A stretch of 60,000 nt of DNA from Felis catus. Lineage: Eukaryota. The number at the start of each line of letters is the position of its first letter. The stretch's first letter is position 1. Positions 53,571 through 60,000 of this stretch are shown here, in pieces. The notes beneath the pieces are model-generated. The model ran no database searches. It saw only the letters and a program-made list of their open reading frames with translations, and was not told where the DNA came from. Where the stretch lies: contig NC_058369.1 in NCBI RefSeq assembly GCF_018350175.1, positions 18,106,001 through 18,166,000 on the forward strand, in the 5' to 3' direction. A program made the translations under genes and the position numbers.

Positions 53571-55584
53571 TGAATGTTCAAACAGATGTCATGGTGGAGG
53601 CAGGGCAAGCGCAGAAAAATGGGAATGTTACTTTCACATATTTGCTATGGTTCCTCAGAACATATTCTTAGGATTGTGTGTTTTGAGTCATAGGGTAAAA
53701 GCCACATTGAGGAAGGTTCTGGGTGACATATTGCTGATGATGCCTCTGAGTATGCGTGTGGTAGTTAGATCATGTACTTTGGATTCTTTTGCCTTCATCC
53801 AGAACCTCTGGTTCTCTTCTCCAGGAGCCCACTGATAAGAAAAGTAAAAATAACACAAAATGAATTTTGAATTGGGACCAGGAAAAGAATGTAGGGGAAT
53901 ATAGCTTGTTATTCCTACCTTTCTGTTTGACTGCAGTGTTTGGTCTTGGGCCTGCATTGACAGCACTACTTAATGAAGTGCTCAGTTGATTTAGGGTTCT
54001 TATTATTGGGGTATCTCCTTATTTGTGCTTTGTCCCACCCCCAGCCCCCTGCCAGCTTTAAAAATTTTGTCTTTGCCCCTACTGCTCTAGGAAAAATTTG
54101 AATGATTAGATTTCTCTGTCCAAAAGAGGGAAGACCTGTAGGAAAGATTTGAGAAAGGTACAGAGTGAGATACAGGAAGCTTTTCATCTTGCTCTTCCTA
54201 AAATGTGTCTGCCCTGTGGCTTGATTACTCAAATTGACATGAATTGTCAGATTTGAAGCTTATGTTTTGTTCCCTTTTCTTTGAACTGTCACAAACCTGT
54301 ATACACATGAAATGGTTTTACTGTGAAAACCACAAGCTATCAACCATAAATAGAGAAAAATACAGGGAGGATGAACAAAAGTTGGTTTGGAGATTTTAAG
54401 AGAACAGAGCTGTTCTTATAATCATGAACAAAGAGTGGCCTCTATCTGGGAAAGTTGCTCTTTTTCACTAGCAGTTTCTTTCCTGGTACACACTCTACTC
54501 ACTCTCATTTCTTTTATCCGTTATTTTAGGCTCTCACCATCATTTTCCAGAGTTGGTAGATAGCCTTGCCTTCTTTTACAAGAAATAACTTTAATGCCAT
54601 CAAACTTAGCTTCCTGGATTCTCTGTCTTAATTGATGATACCACCATCCACCAAGCTGGAAGCTGAGAATTTACCCTTGACTCCCTTCTCCCACGAAGCC
54701 CTCCTTGATCCCCAGGCAGAGTTGGATATCCTGTCTCTCTACCACTGTGTGCACATTTCTTGCTATGTACTTATGGTGATTAGAAATTGTAAGCCAGGGC
54801 TTAAATTCTTTGAGAGTTGCTTGTTGTTGATCTGACTGTCTAAGCAGGTCAATAAATGCAAAAGTTGAGGATTTAACCCCAAAGCTCTACTTCTGTGTGC
54901 TCCCATTGGTAGATAGAAGGCATGCTTGTTAGAGGACTTCCATGAAGCCAGGTGAATTCTAAGCAGAGATCATATATACCTAGTAGATGTATGGTTCCCA
55001 GCTTGGGGTGCATCTCGGAATTAGTTCTGTCAGTTCTGATTCAAAAGCCTGAACTTCATGCAGGTGTAATAAAACAGAATCTTCAGACACAAAGTGAGGT
55101 ATTACATATTATATTGATGTGGAGAATTCATGTGGAAGTACAAAAAAATTGTGAAACAATTCAGGTTATTGAAGTGATGAGGAAAGAGTTGTGTCCTTTC
55201 TTTGGCTGCTGAAAGGATGTGTCCAGTGTTCAGAGTGTACTGATTTCATAACTAGAGTGGGAGTAGGGTAAAGACACCCAACTATACTGGCAAGTTGGAT
55301 AGGTTACCTGTAATATTTTTGATGTCTAAACGTACTTCTTATGCCATTAGTTATCAAGATAAAAGTGTGTTCTTATCTCCATGTTGATAACGAGTAGCTA
55401 CAAAAATGACTAATAATATCTGCAATCATAAACACAATGTGAATGTTTTAAAAGTTTTCAATTTTATGACGTAGACTATGTCATCTTTTTTGCCAGTATT
55501 TTAACATTGGCTTCTGCTGCAAGATGGCTCACTGCCCTCACATACCTTTGTACCCCCTCCGTTTGTTTTTGTTTGTTTGGTATT

Positions 55585-58350
55585 CAAATGTCTGTAGCAG
55601 TTTTATGTGCAGTAGCCAAAAACTGGAAACAACTCAAATATCCACAAACAGATGAATGAACAAATAGTGGCATTCCCATAGAACAACATACTTCTTCTCT
55701 GTGGTATAAAAAGAGTGAATGGTTCATCATTGATAAATCCCAAAAAAGTATGCTGCATGAGGGAAACCCAGGGGGTAAAAAGAGTAAATATTTTATGATT
55801 CTGATCATATAAAGTTTTAGAAAATGCAAACTCATTGTGAAGGAAAGTAAATCAGTGGTTGCCTATAGAGTTGGGGGGGAAGGGAGAAGGATTATGAAGA
55901 GCATGATGTAAATTTAGGGGTGGTTTTCTCTTTTGAAATATCAGGAAAATGAAAGTAAAGGCATTTTGTTATGGAAAATGCATAACAAAGGCATTTGTTA
56001 TGAGTTATAAACTCATAACAGAACAGGTTGAGGGGTGGTATGTGGGGACATTGCACACAGGAGCCAATTTGTCCAGCAGATCTTTGAAGAGACTGGGCTC
56101 TCATTTGACTGACAAAGGCTGGAAGAGATAAGTGAGCTGGGAATGAGGGGATTAATTAATTAAAAGTTTCTGTGTAGGACAGTCAGCCCTGCCCCCACTT
56201 GGTTTCAGGACAAAATAATCTGCCTATTTTTAAGAAATAGAATAACCTGGGGAGAAATAGGGCCCTTAGAGTGTGAGGTTGGATGACCTTATTGGTCAGT
56301 TTGGAGGTTCTTGAGTCTTGTGTATTAGCTGCCTCTGATTAAGCACCCTTAAAGAAAAGCCTGTCAGTTGACACATTCTGTCTGTGTACACAGAATTAGG
56401 ATTTGCTTTCCTGACCACCCCCCTTTTTAAATTTAATATTCATATAAAATTAACCATTTTATATTTCATTTCATTTTATCTTACGTTATTTTAATTTTAA
56501 GAAAACATGAGTGGGGGAGGGGCAGAGAGGGGGAGAGAGAGAATCCCAAGCAGGTTCCGCACTAACAGAGTGGGGCTTGAACTCACAAACTCAGATGTGA
56601 TCTGAGCTGAAATCAAGAGTCAGATGCTTAACTGAACCACCCAGGTACCCCTAAAATTAACCATTCAAATTCAAATTCAGTGACTTTTAGTACATTCACA
56701 GTGTGCAACCATAATCTCTACTTCTGAAACATTTTCCTTACCCAGAAGGAAACTTGGTATCCATTAAGTAGTTATTTTCTGCTCCCCCCAGCCCTCAGCA
56801 ACCACTAATCTGCTTTTTGTTTCTGTGGATTGACCTATTCTGTATGTGTCATATAAATGGGATCATGCAATATGTGACCTTTTGTGTCTGGTTGCTTTCA
56901 CTTAGCATGATGTTTTAGAGGTTCATCCAAGTTGTAGCATGTATCACGACTTCATTCCTTTTTCTGGGAACCTTTCATTTTTTACCGTGAATAGCTAACC
57001 AAGGATCACCAGACATTTGAGGAAAACATGCAAAATAGAAGAGAAACAGGAAAATTGACCTTAGGTGAAGCAGACCACTAGATGATTTTGCTTGTTTATA
57101 AAAGTGCACTATTTAGTATTCTCCAGGATATTCAAGAAGATGTGGCATCCATGAAACAATCAGAGATGCCATCTGGAAGAAACTGTCGAAATAAAAAAGC
57201 TTGTGGAGATGAATTATGGGTTTGCCAAGTTAAAATATATTCCGTAGATCAGAAGATAAAATCAAGAGAAAAATCTCAATATAAAGCCAAAATACAGGCA
57301 AAAATTGTATGCAGAAAAAAAAGAGACATGGAGGATCAATCCAGAGATCTATCATCTACCAGAATTTCTGGGAAATGAGGACGAAAAATTAAAAGAAGGG
57401 ATATTTCAAAGTATAAGAAGAAAATATCCAGAATCTACAGAGAGGAGCCTATTGAAAGGGTCTACCCTTTGCCCAGAAGGATAAAGGCCCACCTGCTACA
57501 ATTGTCACTATGAAGTTTCAGAGAAGAATAGATAGAAAACCTGAAAGTTTCCGTGAAGGTACACTGGGTCTTCTGAAAAAAATGGGAATTAGATATGTCA
57601 TCAACAACAGTGACAACCAGAAGACAGTGGAACAGCAGTCTTCCTTCCAAGTCCTGAGGGAAAATCGTTTTGAACCTAGAGTTCTGTCATTGCAAAATAA
57701 GCTTGTTTTCAGAAGTGCGAGGACTCCCAAAATTTCCTTTCCTTGTACCTTTTCTGAAGCAGTTACTTGCAGATGAAAATCAAAAAGAGGAAAGTAAAGA
57801 ATTCAAGAAATGGTTGAACTAATAACCTAGTTGTCCAATGAAAATTTTCATGTTACTTATACAACAACCCTGGAAAGCAGTCAGCCCAAATTTGAACAGT
57901 TTTGGTGGGATCCAAGAAAAATTTATTCGAGAATAGGAATGGGTAGATTTCAAGCAATAGATAAAATGAAAAAGCTGGAAGATAGTTGGAATATGGTAAA
58001 GAGACCATAGGGCTCTTTACAAGGGACAAGGGAACTAGAATCCCTATGCAAAGCCGAAAAACTACATGCAAAAAATTATAAGCCAAATATAAAGCAAACA
58101 CATATATGGCACAAGTATAAGTAAATGGTGGTGACTGAATAAAAATAATGTATTTGTGCCTAATGTATGGATATCCTTCTTTGGCCCAAGGACAGTGACA
58201 TTGGAAGCACAAACAAGAAAATGCAATTCGGGTCCTGTAAACAATATTTTAAAGTTAACAAAGGTAACTGATAGAACTGATAGTAATATAAATATAAAAA
58301 GGTTGGGGTTTGGAAGGGGAAGGTAGGGAGTGGTATAAGTAAACTAAATC
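55585..58350. mobile_element. Cluster of old L1 fragments (L1ME-like 3' end at 55585-55920 +, L1MB-like at 56430-56960 -, ORF1-like remnant at 56990-58350 +)
   Basis: aactggaaacaactcaaatatcca; accactaatctgctttt...ttgcttt cacttagcatgatg; degenerate A-rich ORF1-like text. Confidence 0.6.
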
Positions 58351-58688
58351 TGCTAGAGAATTGTGGGCACACTTAGCGAGGTTGGTGACAACCAGAAGAA
58401 ATGGTAGAGATTTCTCCTGTATTGGAAGACTGGGAGGCTAGGGAGGGATGGGGTGGTGGGTATTGATCCTTTTCATCAAAGTGCTCTTTATGAACCATTT
58501 GATTTATTTTGTTCATTGTTCATTGGTGATTGGGGTAGGTTAAGAATTTGTTGATTCCCAATAAACAAGTGTTTTCTGAGTGTCTTCTGTTGTTTTAACT
58601 TTTAGATGCTGAATGATGGGGAAAAAATAGTTTGACCTATACCATAAAATAATTTTAAGATCTCTTTGCCTTTAGTTTCTGCCACCTC

Positions 58689-58916
58689 TTTTTTTTTTTT
58701 TTAATTTTTTTTTCAGCGTTTAATTATTTGTGGGACAGAGAGAGACAGAGCATGAACGGGGGAGGGGCAGAGAGAGAGGGAGACACAGAATCGGAAACAG
58801 GCTCCAGGCTCTGAGCCATCAGCCCAGAGCCCGAAGCGGGGCTCGAACTCACGGACCGCGAGATCGTGACCTGGCTGAAGTCGGACGCTTAACCGACTGC
58901 GCCACCCAGACGCCCC
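58689..58916 (-). mobile_element. Young felid Can-SINE
   Basis: Same subfamily; TSD ctgccacctcttttt. Confidence 0.95.
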
Positions 58917-60000
58917 TGCCACCTCTTTTTTTAAAGTGGTGAGAGAGGAGATATAAATAAATCCTTTTCTACTTTTGTTTCATATTTTCTGGTATATCCA
59001 CTAAAAGTTCCACTTTGATTATCTTGGTCTTTTGAAAAACTTAAAGTAGCTTCTCCAGACTCCAATCTGAACTCCTTCCTGTTGCCCCTCTCCCTAACCC
59101 ATATGTTTGATTTTTGCCTTCTCAAACCTCCTGTGAGCCTCTCTGCCTTTCAGAACCCTCTGCAACTCTCAGAAGACCTCTTACATTTTGTTTGTTTGTT
59201 TGTTTGTTTGTTTGTTTTTAACCTTCCTCAGAGGAGCTATATTTGGCCTTTCCCTGCCTCTTTCAAGCCCATGAAGGCTTGAAAGCTCTTGGTGCCTCTC
59301 TGGCTTCTGGAGGAGAATGGGTATGAGGTGACAGAAGGAAGCGTTAGCATGTAGGACCTAGTACTGGCACTGCTGTTGTTCCAGGTGCTTGGGTATGGCA
59401 GAGAAGGAAATTGTTATAAATCTCTGCCCTCAAGGAGCTTCCTTTCTGGCAGAGTTGTTCTTTCTTCCTTTCTTCTTTTCTTTTTTTCTTTCTAGAGAGA
59501 GCATGTATGGCTGCAAGCATGGGGGAGGAGCAGAAAGAGAATCTTAAGCAGGCTTTGCACACTGCATGGAGCCTGACATGGCAGGTCCTACGACCCTGGG
59601 ATCATAACCTGAGCCGAATTCAAGAGTCAGACACTTAACAGACTGAGCCACCCAGGCACTCCTTGATGGAGTTTTATATAAACAGAAGGGTTATAAAAAT
59701 AGCATTATATGTTTTGAGCATAGCTAAGGCCAGCAATCTGTAGCTCTGTCTTTGAAATATGCTCTTGGACTTTGTGGCTTTGTCAGTAAGATATGCTAGC
59801 CTCTGAGGTATCCTGTAGAGAAGAGGGGGGATCTGAATGGTACTGCCCAGATAGTATTTGGTATTACCTCTTACTTGCCTCCTCACAGTAGCAGTAGCTA
59901 CAAGAGGAAGAGCATTATTTGAAATCATTTTTGGATAAGATGGGCTTTGGCTGCAGAAACATGGTAAAAGATTTGGATTTTAATCCTACTAGGTGCAATT

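Overview
Mammalian genomic DNA from a felid, judged by the roughly 55-60 Can-SINEs counted by eye, including young SINEC_Fc-type copies, and carnivore L1 3' ends. Two housekeeping genes lie head to head. SLC25A20 (mitochondrial carnitine/acylcarnitine translocase) is on the minus strand, with coding exons 1-5 at 27390-27286, 22449-22357, 18003-17876, 14860-14770 and 880-763; later exons lie beyond the left edge. ARIH2 (ariadne-2/TRIAD1 RBR E3 ligase) is on the plus strand, with a CpG-island first exon ending at 41765 and a first coding exon with CDS 46736-46984; the rest lies beyond the right edge. Most of the remainder is transposon-derived: a near full-length old L1MC in SLC25A20 intron 4, L2/MIR, MLT1/LTR16, Tigger/MER3 and a solo LTR with a 6-bp TSD. 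I found no convincing evidence of a new biological system. The best second-look items are a tailless U2 retro-fragment, a poly(A)-only insertion, a ~75-bp polyadenylated micro-retrocopy, the ERV solo LTR, a PPRE-like DR1 at the SLC25A20 5' end, stacked uORFs in the ARIH2 leader, a broken ARIH2OS frame, near-identical inverted SINE pairs, a SINE-free stretch of ARIH2 intron with a candidate poison exon, and an unidentified pseudogene-like segment. Repeat family names and homologue comparisons come from recall, not from a search.
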